NCBI GenBank assembly: GCA_017654855.1
Contig: CM030333.1
Location: 744,001 to 808,000 of the forward strand
Length of the DNA stretch: 64,000 nucleotides
Direction of reading: 5' to 3'
Source of the DNA: Podospora anserina
Taxonomy: Eukaryota
In this document: in pieces, positions 1 through 10,753 of the stretch
Layout of the letters: each line of letters starts with the position of its first letter
How positions within the stretch are numbered: position 1 is the first letter of the stretch
Notes under the pieces: generated by a model
Database searches by the model: none
Told to the model about the DNA's origin: nothing
What the model saw: the letters and a program-made list of their open reading frames with translations, nothing else
Translations under genes and position numbers: made by a program

Positions 1-826
1 AGACAAGCATAATACCCCGTGGGACAAAATCCCGGTTCACCCGTTGTAGACGTCTCCGGGGCGTCATCAGACGTAGTTGTCGATGACTGGGGTCGAGTTG
101 ACGTCGTTTCCGGAGTAGAACTCGACTCTGAAGTAGTTGTTGTTGTTGCCTCCAGCGGAGCCGAGGTCGTGGTTGTAGTTGGGATGGGAACAGGAGTGGA
201 CACTATCCCCTCCTTGACACCTACAGTTTCATATCAGTCAACCATCCCACCAAAAATCCATGTCAAGATGGGCACTTACAACCCAACCCGCCGCAAACCC
301 ACCCCTTCAAACAACACCCTCCCCCAACCTCACTCGGGCACCCAACCCCCCCCTCCCCGCAACTCGTCACGCCCCCTGTGCACTGGGTGTTATCCGGGCA
401 GCAACCCACCGGCCCCAAGCCAGTATCCGGGATTTTGATGCATGTCGACCCTTCGTGGCAGCAGGTGTTGGGGTAGCCGATGTTGCTGCATAATAGGGTG
501 TCTGTCGGACAGGACCACTGTCTTTTGCTTACTCCCAGCACCCCTCGTCGTTGTGGGTTGGGGGATGCGGGTGGAGGAGGGTTGTAGACTGCGCGGAGGG
601 GGGCGGAGAAGGAGGTTCCATCTCTCGGGAGGAGGACCGCAGCAGAAGAGTTGGAAGGGGATGTTTGGGAGGGGTCGAAGGCGCAAAAGTGGGAGTGGAA
701 TTTGAGGGAGGGGTTGTTGGGGGGCATTTTTCGGATGGCGGTTGGTTGTTGGAGCGGGGTTTGTTGTTCGGCGAGGGAGAGGTGGGCGGATATTAAGGCC
801 CAGAGCGGGAGGGGGAGGGGGCGCAT
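1..826 (-). CDS. Secreted, probably GPI-anchored Cys-rich/Thr-Ser-rich cell-surface protein (3' end runs out of the window)
   Basis: ATG at 826 begins a signal-peptide-like MRPLPLPLWALISAHLSLA, followed by a Cys-rich CCP repeat domain. Intron 279-221 (GTAAGT...CTGAT...TAG) joins it to a Thr/Ser-rich exon ending GFCPTGYYACL at the window edge. Confidence 0.75.
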
Positions 827-1531
827 TGTGGTGGTGGTGGTGGTGAGTGAGGTTGTCTGTGATCTGGGGAGGGAGCGGTGTTGCGAATTGAATTGAATTG
901 CGGTGTAGCGTCGGGTGCACAAGAGGGGTTACCGTCGCGCGGGCACAGCGGGGGTAATTCAACAGAGAAAAATGTGTCAACAATAAATCATGCAAGAACC
1001 TCAACCCTGGGAGAGCCGTCTGTATCGCCAGAGGAGGCGTGGTCGTGATTGTAAATGTTCAGCTGTCGCAAGTCGCATGCGCAAACAGCTATGTTGACAT
1101 TCTGTGGGTCCGGCTCTTTTGGTCGAGAACACCGCGACAACGCAACGGTCAAGGGGGGCGCTGCTTATCGTTGCTTGGCGTACACGTTGGCTGGAGCTAA
1201 ACTGTGAGAAGGGGTCAATGACGTCTGGACAGACAACCAGATGAAAGTCGGTGAGTGGATCTCCTGTAAGATCTGAGCCAAAAATTAAGAATAGAAAACA
1301 GGGTGAACAACAACATCAACAACTGGAAAAGCTCAGTACCACAAACTCTCGGGAACCCCCTGCATCACCCCACCCGACCATCGGAACCCCCCACGTCCAA
1401 TCATCCCAACTCGGCAGTTTGTTTACATGTCCCCTAAATTGCTTCAACGTTTATACATTTTAGATTGAGGGTATCTACCACAGGTGCACATCCATAGTCT
1501 TACACAACATCCCCCCCCTTATCCAAACTTT

Positions 1532-3574
1532 TTAAATCTCAAACAGCGTCTCCTTCGTGACCTCCTCACCATCCTCCTCCGCTGCCTCCTTCTTCAACAC
1601 AGCCTTCTGCATCCCCTTCAAAAACGAGGCACACAGCAACGCCCCCGCCACATTGACATTCAAACTATCCACCACGCTCTGTCCCGCCATGGAAGGGATA
1701 TTCAACTCGTAATCCGCCTTCTTGACCACCAGCCTGTCTAACCCCTCACCTTCACTCCCCAGCAACAAAACACACGGCGTTCTCTTCAACGGGTCCGTCT
1801 TCTCAATATCAAACAAATCAACCTGTCTTCTTTGTCTTGTAGCACCCGGCTCCTGAGCAACAGCAGCATAAACCTCCCAGCCGTTCGCCCTCGAAGCATT
1901 GAGGAACTCGGGCAGAGAATTAATCCCAAAAATGGTCACCTCCTCCGCCGCACCAGCCGATGCCTTCAACGCGACAGGCGTGATTTTTGTCCCACCATAG
2001 TTTGTAATCGCCACAGCAGCCGCGCCAAAGAACCCGACACTGCGCAGAATAGCACCTAGGTTGACAGGGTCAAGAATTCTGTCAAGCACCACAACCAAAG
2101 GTTTGTGCGTAGCGCTCTTGCGCCAGTAGACAAAGTCATTCGTGCCATTGATAGCAACGTCCTCAGCCGACTGATGGCCCAACTCGACCGAAAACCCAGG
2201 CTTAGCCGCGTACTCAGCCGGGTCCTCGGGAATGGCGCCTAAGGCCACGATCGGTGGCTGAGGGAGAGCAGACGCTTCAAGAACAAACCCGTTGTGGGGA
2301 CGGGAAGAAGACATCTTGCTCATGAGACGCATGCCATACTTCCCGGAGACGACCTCGACAGGGACGCTCTTTTGCTTTGCGAGGGTGCGGATGACTTTCT
2401 CGGCTTTGATGTCATCTGCGTTCTGGGATTCGCGGACGTCGTCGCCTTGTTGGATGTAGAGCTTGTAGAGCTTGCGGCGGCCGGAGCGGAGGGCGGCTTC
2501 GACGGAGGAGGAGCCGTAGAGGAACTGGGAGGCGGCGGTGGTGTAGGTGATGCCGATGGGCTCGGGGCGCTCGTAGGCATCACTGTCGTGGAAGGGGTCG
2601 TCCTTGTATTCTCTTGGGGGGCGGTCGTTGAAGTCTCTCGGGGCGCGGTCCTTGAACTCTCTTGGAGGTCTATCGCCGAAGTCTCTTGGGGGTCTGTCCC
2701 CAAAATCTCTGGAGGAGCGCTCTTTGAACTCTCTTGGAGGCCTGTCACCAAAGTTCCTGGGGGGTCTGTCCCCAAAAGCTCTGGAGGAGCGCTCTTTGAA
2801 CTCTCTTGGAGGAAAGACCCTCTGAGGCACATCGCCGAAGCTTCTCGATGGCCTGTTACCGTTACGAGACGGCCTGTCACCAAAGCTCTTGCCCCGTCTA
2901 TCCCCGTCACGACTCCCCCTGTCAAACTTTCTGTCCCTCGACCCGAAGCTCCTTTCTTCCCGGTCACGAGAAGGAGCAGTCTTAGCATAACCCCCAAAAG
3001 GCCTCTCTCTCCCCTTGTTCGACCTCTTATCCTGCCCCCAAGGATTCATACCCTCCTCCCCCCTCATCATAGAAGCAAAACCCCTAGAATCCAACGGCTT
3101 TGATGCCGAAGACCTCTCCCTATCCCGGCGAGAAGGACGGACATCCCTCCCTCTCTCACCTCTTGAATTGGTAAAAGCATCACCGTCGGCAGAACCCATC
3201 CCCATTTCCCGTTTCAGCTGTTTGACCTCTTCGGCCAATTGTCCAGTCTTGAACTTGTAGACCAAACTTTTCTTGCCATGGCTGTCCTCGGGGTCAAAGA
3301 AGCGGGCTTGCTTGGACTTGGGTCTGGCCTTGTCTGGGTACTCGGTGATGTCCTTTCTTCCCTTGCGGATTTTGTAGTCGGGGCGTTGGGCTTTGAGTTC
3401 ATCACGGAGCTTTTGACGCTCGGCGTAGGTGTGGCCGTCATTTTTGAACTTGCCGGATTGAAGGGTGGTTGAGACGGAGAAGGCCCTTGAGGAAGGGGTG
3501 ATGAGTGAGATGACCGAGGGAGATGAGGTGGTTATTGACGGTCTGGTGGCACGGTAGGCCAGTTGGAGAGCCAT
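1532..3574 (-). CDS. MRM1: Mitochondrial rRNA 2'-O-methyltransferase (SpoU/TrmH family), 680 aa
   Basis: Arg/Ser-rich presequence-like N-terminus. SpoU motifs LYGSSSVEAAL, RPHNGFVLEA, LDRILDPVNLGAILRS, LLLGSEGEGL and DSLNVNVA. Confidence 0.9.
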   Translation of the reverse strand: MALQLAYRATRPSITTSSPSVISLITPSSRAFSVSTTLQSGKFKNDGHTYAERQKLRDELKAQRPDYKIRKGRKDITEYPDKARPKSKQARFFDPEDSHGKKSLVYKFKTGQLAEEVKQLKREMGMGSADGDAFTNSRGERGRDVRPSRRDRERSSASKPLDSRGFASMMRGEEGMNPWGQDKRSNKGRERPFGGYAKTAPSRDREERSFGSRDRKFDRGSRDGDRRGKSFGDRPSRNGNRPSRSFGDVPQRVFPPREFKERSSRAFGDRPPRNFGDRPPREFKERSSRDFGDRPPRDFGDRPPREFKDRAPRDFNDRPPREYKDDPFHDSDAYERPEPIGITYTTAASQFLYGSSSVEAALRSGRRKLYKLYIQQGDDVRESQNADDIKAEKVIRTLAKQKSVPVEVVSGKYGMRLMSKMSSSRPHNGFVLEASALPQPPIVALGAIPEDPAEYAAKPGFSVELGHQSAEDVAINGTNDFVYWRKSATHKPLVVVLDRILDPVNLGAILRSVGFFGAAAVAITNYGGTKITPVALKASAGAAEEVTIFGINSLPEFLNASRANGWEVYAAVAQEPGATRQRRQVDLFDIEKTDPLKRTPCVLLLGSEGEGLDRLVVKKADYELNIPSMAGQSVVDSLNVNVAGALLCASFLKGMQKAVLKKEAAEEDGEEVTKETLFEI

Positions 3575-3987
3575 GACGGCTCGGGAAAGTGTGAAGAAGT
3601 GAAACTGAATGTATGTATGTTTGCTGAGTGAAGCCTCACTTTTTGAGTCTCAAGGATGCCAAGAGATGTGTACAAGAGAGATGCACTTGAGGTGTCTTGT
3701 GTGTTTCAATGCGAAGAAAAGGGTTACAAGCCTCAACCTGAACCACAATCTAAAATGTACAAACGCACAAGACGAACTCAGCCCCCAAAATGAGAGAAAA
3801 TGAATGCTTTTGAGACTATGTTTGCTCCTTCCTCGAAGAAGATCCAGGCCTTCAGATGCAGAAAAAGTCGGGAAGGTGCCAAGCCCAGGACCCAGCGGCC
3901 CCACCACAGCTGCCGGGCAGCCAACCAAAGTATTCAGGACATTATATTTCAATTTAATCCCTGGAAAGCCTTAATCCATTTAAGCAA

Positions 3988-4012
3988 ACGCGTGTTTTTG
4001 GTCCGTCGCGTG
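3988..4012. promoter_or_regulatory. MCB-like ACGCGT plus a second CGCG core in the divergent MRM1/Mit1 promoter
   Basis: ACGCGT at 3988-3993 and GTCGCGTG nearby, in the ~710-bp head-to-head intergenic region. Confidence 0.3.
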
Positions 4013-4287
4013 AAAGGCGGCGCCCCTCCACTTCCCATGCTTTGAGACTGTCTCTCTGTTAACCATAACCCCCCTCACCCCGATTCTCAGCTTGTGCAAT
4101 TTTCAGTAAACAGCTTGGCATTGGTATGCGGCCACAGCTTTTTGTTTTCTGTCATCTCAACTGACTTGCTTCTCCAAGAGTAGCTTCCCCAAACTTGCTT
4201 ACATTTGGAGACCTTTCGAACTCGACATTTTGGCACAGCAAACCAGCACGCACCCCCCTTCGACTTATTGTTGATGTACTGCCGACC

Positions 4288-7200
4288 ATGGCCACCAACG
4301 GTCTTTTGAGCTCAGATGATGAGCTGTTTTTTGATCCCATGCCGACAGAAGAACCCACGACCTATGAGTTTCAGTCCGAACTGTCAGACGATGAGGATCC
4401 AGATCCGATTGCGGTCGACGAGATTACCCAGCCTGTTGCGCCTTCGGTACCGTCACATTTGATGCCTGCGATGCCTCGTGCGAATATGGACGACTTTTTG
4501 CCCGACGACTCCATACAGTATGAGGAACCACCGGTAACGGATGGACATGGTTATGACGGACATCGAAGCGATAGAGACGACTCGGCCGGTCCAGTCACAA
4601 GAATCGTCGACATTGAAGTAGCGTTACCGGAGATGTCGGAGGAAAAGAAGGCCGAGTTTGAGTACATTGAGGTGCCAGAGATGAAGCCAGAAACTGAGGG
4701 CTACATGACAAGGAGGACACGCAATGGGGTAAGGGGTTGTGCTGGGTGATTTGCTGTTTGTGTCTGCTGTGGTGGGAGATATGAGCAAGGCTCAACGATG
4801 CAAGTGCGTCAACATCATGGGAGTTGCGTTGTGCTGTGTTAGGTTGTGGCGTTTGTCTAAGGAGTTGTAGTTGGCAACTCTTCCAAGTGGTTGAGTGGAA
4901 GCTGGGACGACAACCACAAGGGCCTCAGGGGTCGGGGGGTGGGTGGAGTTGCCATCAAAGTATCAAGTCCCAACATGGAGAGCAAGTTGCTCTGTCGGGA
5001 TGTAATGCAATCCCGGGCTCCTGATCCAAACTCTTTTGGGTTTGTCTTTAGTATGGAGCCAGGGGTTTTTGGGGAGCTTGAGTTGTGCGGTCTTGGTGCC
5101 TACAGTATCGCTAGCCTCGCTGTTCTGGCTTCAAACATGGTCAGCATCCTCTTCCTAGCCCACATGACGACCTCCAGCTTTCGGTATCTCCCGAGCCGAA
5201 GACTTGTCTGGCTTCTTTTCTGCCTTCACCCATCGCTCCTTCTCCACCTAAGGATTTTGGCTGGGTCACACAACTACTGTCAATGACCTTCCCCTATTGA
5301 TCACAATATTGCTCCTTCCCAACACACCTTCGTCTGAACCCTTAGCGCCTTTTCATTATTTGCAGGTCACACGGTTTTGTTATCCATCTATTTCTCCGTT
5401 TGGTTTGATTCGCCGTCTTCCTCTTCCCGAGAACCTCAACTTTCTCGCTGCTGCTCGCCTCCCAAGCTTCTGAAAACGCCCATTCTCGCCGGTTTGTTCC
5501 TTCCAATGGGGTCTTCCAGTCACTCAGACGGCGAGTATACTCCGCCTTTCGATGACGAGAATAGCGGGGATGACGGGGCTCTGCTCAGCCTGACTGCCGA
5601 GGCCAGCAACGGCAGGCAATTGTCACCTGACGACTACTATATTGACGAGGTTGAGTATATTGACCCAGAGGAAGCCGACTGGAATATTCAATCAGGCAAC
5701 AACCTGTCAACCAGCGACTTTGACCGCGACTATTTGAACAATTTTCACCCGGCCTACCTGGATGAGCACCAGCCAGAGCACAGAAATTTCGTTCAGTCAC
5801 AGCAGATGACCATGGATCGCGTCAACCAGGAATCCGACCACGCCTACGAAGGCGATAGCGACTATGCCTCTGATCAGGCCTCTGAGTACAAGGACAGCGA
5901 CTACGACTCTGACCCCATGGATATTGACCAGATTGACAGCGACGCCGGCAGTGACTCTGTAAGCGCAGGCAGCCAGATTGGCGGAATTGGGCGACCAGAG
6001 TCAAGTGACTCAATCTCTGCACTGCATTCACTTATTCATTTACTTGTTGCAAAACTCTCTATTTTCCGCATTTCTCTTTTTCACTCCAATCAATGCCCAT
6101 TGTTCTTTCTTGCCGGCAAATTGTTGACCCATACTTTATAGGACTATTACGATGACTTCAGAAAGCGCAAGAGAGGTTATAACGATAACTACTCTGGTGC
6201 CGTTGACGATTTCGACGAGGCCTCTGACGACGACATCCCCCGCACCCGAGGTGCCCCCACCATGCTTCCGCCTGTCAACTTTGGCAGATCTCTGCGCAAG
6301 CGTGCTGAAGTCACCAATTACTATGGCGGTCAAGATGAATTGCAGGAGGATGATGAGGATTCATTCATTGTCACCTCTGATATTGTGCGACCCGGCCGAA
6401 AGAAGTTGAAGCGCTTGTCTTCGAGGCTTTCTGCCAGGACCATACAGAAGACCACGTCTGTCTCTGCCTCTGCGGGTGACTCTGACATAGAATTTGAGAG
6501 CAGCCGCCGCCGTTCATCCCGTGCCAACAAGAACACCAGAAAGATGGTCGACAAGTACGCCGAGGACGAGGATGACGAGGATGATGAAGCCTTCTACATC
6601 TCGGACAACAAACCTGCTGCTGCCCCCAAAGTCGCCAGCGTGAAGGAGATCTTTCAGGGCAACATTCCCACCGACTTCAAGGAAGCTCACAGGTTGACCT
6701 GCGACAGTTGTGGCTATCCTGATGACCGCAACAAGGGAACCTTTGTCTTTTGTCAAGGCTGCTCCAATGTCTATCACAAAGTCTGTCTGGGCAACCGCAG
6801 CAGCCGTGAGCAGTGTGTGACCAAGGTTGGGCCAGATTCCTTCGTCATGCAGTGCCGCTTTTGCATCGATGTTTACAAGAAGCGAGACCCGCGGGCACCA
6901 AGCCACGGCACATGCCAAACTTGCCATGTCAGAGGCCCATCATGCATCCCTTTCTCCGAAAAGAAAACACCCAAGCAAGAGGAGAAGTTGCGCATCGATA
7001 ATGGCGGTGTTGATCCCATCACGGAGGTCAATCCCAAGCTTATCAACAACCACAACAACGTCCTCTTTCGCTGTGCCAGGTGCCATCGAGGCTGGCACTA
7101 TGAACATCTCCCCCATCCCAACCCGACTCGAGACCCGTCTTGGTCAGAGCCTCTCAATCTACGCAAGCTCAGGTTGGAAGAGTACCAGATCGATTGGATG

Positions 7201-10200
7201 TGCAAGGACTGTCGCGACACAGATGGGCTCAAGCCTGACAAGATTGTGGCCTGGCGCCCAGCTGATCGCAAGAGCTACATCGAAGGTCAGACTATCGCAG
7301 ACTTCGACGAGGATCAAATCGAGTACCTGATCAAGTGGGAGCGCCAGTCTTACAACCATTGCCAGTGGTTCCCTGGCGCCTGGGTCTATGGTATCGTCAA
7401 ACACAACATGCGTGTCTCCTTCCTCAAGAGGACATTTGGAGAGGGGCTTGAGGGAGGTCCTGACAGCGAGATCAAGGCAGATTCTCTGCTCAGATGGACC
7501 GAAAAGGAGGCCATCTACAATGTCTGGGTCACACCTGATATCATTCTCGATGTCCACGTCGCTCCGCGAACCGTCGAGGCTGAAGCAAAGTACAAGGCTC
7601 GGTCTCGCGAGGACAAGTTCCAGGAGGACTTGAGTCGGATCTTCCACGTGGTCAAAATCCTTGTGAAGTTTGAGGGCCTTGGGTACGAGGATGTTGTTTG
7701 GGACACCCCTCCGGACTCGTCAGACGGTGCTCTCTGGGAGGCGTATCAAGAGGCGTACCGGGAGTACCTCAATGGCAAGCACTTCAAACCAGAGTCCAAC
7801 CGTGTCATGCGAGAGCGCCTCCAAGAATTCCGCCAACTCGATTTCGTCAAAGATATCGAACTCAAGAAGCAGCCCGAGGGCCTCAAGCGCGGCCAGCTTA
7901 TGGAATATCAGATCAATGGCGTCAACTGGATGCTTCACAACTTCCGTCATGACAGGAGTGTCATTCTTGCCGATGAGATGGGTCTGGGCAAGACAGTTCA
8001 AATCGTGGCACTGCTCTACACTCTCATCATGACCAAGCCTCGCATCTGGCCGTTTCTTGTTGTGGTGCCAAATGCGACCTGCGCCAACTGGCGACGTGAG
8101 ATCAAGAAATGGGCTCCTGACCTTCGAGTTGTTGCATACTATGGCGGACGAGTGTCTCAACAGGCCGCAAAGGAGTACGAGCTGTTTCCAGGCAATACTC
8201 GCGACATGAAGGCACACGTTGTCATCATGTCCTACGACTCGGTCAAGGACAGTGAAACGCGATCCCGGTTCAGCAGTGTGAAGTGGGCTGGTCTAATTGT
8301 CGACGAAGCTCAGGCTCTCAAGAATGACGAGAATTCGCTGTACAAGGCCTTGAACATGCTCAATATCCCGTTCAAGGTTCTTCTGACAGGAACGCCATTG
8401 CAAAACAACAAGAGGGAGTTATTCAACCTCCTTCAGTTCATCGACCCCAGTATGAAGGCCGAGCAGCTTGACCAAGAGTACGACCAGATCACCTCGGAAA
8501 ACCTCAGGCATCTTCATGATCTGATCCGGCCGTATTTCTTGCGCCGCACAAAGGCCGAGGTGCTCACCTTCCTGCCGACGATGGCTCAGATCATTGTCCC
8601 TGTTTCGATGTCGGTCTTGCAAGAGAGGCTCTGCAAGTCGATCATGGAGAAGAACCCTCAGCTCATCCGATCCATCTTTGCTCAGGGAAAACTGAAGGCC
8701 AACGAGCGTGGGTCGCTGAGCAACATCCTCATGCAACTGCGCAAGTGTCTCTGCCATCCTTTCATCTACAGCCAGGCCATCGAAGATCGCAACCTGTCTC
8801 CCGAGCTCACTCGCCGGAACTTGATTGAGGCCTCTTCCAAGCTGATGCTCTTGGAGATTATGCTGCCCAAGTTGAAAGAGCGCGGCCACCGCGTCCTCAT
8901 CTTCAGTCAGTTCCTTGACCAGCTGACGGTCCTCGAGGACTTTTTGATGAGTTTGAACCTCAGACACGAGCGTTTGGACGGCAGTCAGTCTAGTTTGGAG
9001 AAGCAGAAGAAGATCGACGCATACAACGCTCCAGATTCAGACATCTTCTGCATGTTGTTGTCGACGCGCGCTGGTGGTGTTGGTATCAACTTGGCGACGG
9101 CCGACACCGTCATCATCCTCGACCCCGACTGGAACCCTCACCAAGATATCCAGGCTCTTTCACGCGCCCATCGTATCGGACAGCGCAAGAAGGTCTTGTG
9201 CTTCCAGCTCGTCACTGTTGACTCGGCCGAGGAGAAGATTCTTCAGATCGGTCGCAAGAAAATGGCGCTCGATCATCTGCTCATCGAGACCATGGACAAT
9301 CAGGACGACGCCCCCAATGACGTCGAGTCGGTCTTGAAGCACGGCGCTGAAGCTCTCTTTGGCGATAAGAAGAAGGATGCCATCAAATACGATTCGGCTG
9401 CTGTTGACAAGCTTTTAGATCGATCCATGCAGGAGGAAACCAAGACCGACGATAAGAAATCGGCCGAGTCTGCTTTTGCCTACGCCCGAGTGTGGGCCAA
9501 CGATGGTCTTGCTGACGAGATGAAGGAGACCGAACAGCAGGAGATGTCGCTCAGTGTCTGGGACCAAATTCTCAAGCAGCGTGAAGAGGAGGCTCGTCGT
9601 GAGGCCGAGAAAGCTAGGGAAACTCTCGGCCGCGGTGGACGCCGTCGTGGGGTGAGTAGTTATGCTTCCAGTCCCTGGAAGCCCAGAATACTAACGAACA
9701 ACAGAATGCCAACTACGCAGGTCCCCAGTTCGAGTTTGACGAGGGAGAGAAGCCAGACAGTGATCAAGGCGAAGGTGATCATGACTTCATCGCTAAAAGC
9801 GATGGTGGTGATACAAGCGACGAGGAAGTCGGCACTCCAGCCACTGGGCTATCAGCACACTTGCGCAAGTCAGGTACGAAAAGTCAACTTTCTTTAGTTC
9901 AGTCAAGAAGCAGAGCCAAAGGCAACAAAGGGGGCGCGACACCACCAGTCACGCCCAGCAAGAGGAAGACCCTGCAAAAGACCACTCAAACACGCAGTAT
10001 TACTCGAACCACAAGCTCACGCAAGACAACTTCTCAGACAACGAAAGCGGCCAGGCCCAGACCCAAAGCAACGCCCAAGCCCAAGGGAAAGCAGCAGCAG
10101 CAGGAGCAGCAGCTTCCCTCGCCCCCCAAAACGGCCACGCCAAAGGCGCCGTCAATGGTGATAAAGTTAAACGTTCCCAAGTCGAAGTCGCCATCTTCAC

Positions 10201-10753
10201 GGCCCAAGGCCCAGGCGCCCAACAACAAAACAGCGGTGGCGCCAGCAACAGTCGCCCAGTTAGCACAGACGTCCGGTTTAATGTCCCTGACAATGCTGCG
10301 TCCCAAAACCAAAGACGGCAGCAGCAGCAGCAGCAGCTCGGAGCTGTCGGAGGTGTCGGGGGAGCCCCAGTAACTCACCACCAGGCAGGTGCAAGCATGA
10401 CAGCCTCTCAAAGGGCGGGGATTGACTTGTTGAACTCGATTGCGATGAGGCCTGCTGGGCAGTCTGGAGGTGGTGGGGGTGGGGGGGTGATGGTTAACCA
10501 GATTGGTGTGCCGACGGTTCCGAGCTCGACGTCGTCGTCGGTGGCGGCGGCGGCGGTGGTGCTGCCAAAGGCGGAGCAGTGCGTTGTTTGCAAGTATAGT
10601 CACCCGTGGAGCTGGGAGTGCCCTGAGATGAGGAGCATGAGGAATTTGAGGGTGGCGTTGGATGAGCTGAAGCGGGATGGGAGGTTGACGGAGGAGGAGA
10701 GGAGTGGGTGGAGGGGGTTTTTGGTGGAGAAGTTGAGGTTGTTGAGGGGGTGA
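4288..10753 (+). CDS. mit1: Mit1/CHD-type SNF2 chromatin remodeler (PHD-like fingers, chromo-like region, SNF2 helicase, C-terminal Zn finger), multi-exon
   Basis: Main exon 6142-9651 has CDSC..CQGC..HKVC PHD-like fingers, ILADEMGLGKT, DEAQ, LLTGTPLQNN, STRAGGVGINL and QALSRAHRIGQ. Intron 9652-9704 (GTGAGT..CTAAC..CAG). The distal CVVCKYSHPWSWECP..LRVALDEL segment resembles the Mit1 C-terminal Zn finger. The first exon is either 4288-4728 or 5506-5958. Confidence 0.85.

Noticed and set aside
9874-9902. 29-nt GT-AG intron that would also shift Mit1 into the Zn-finger frame
   Set aside because: Shorter than plausible fungal spliceosomal introns and lacking a good branch point.
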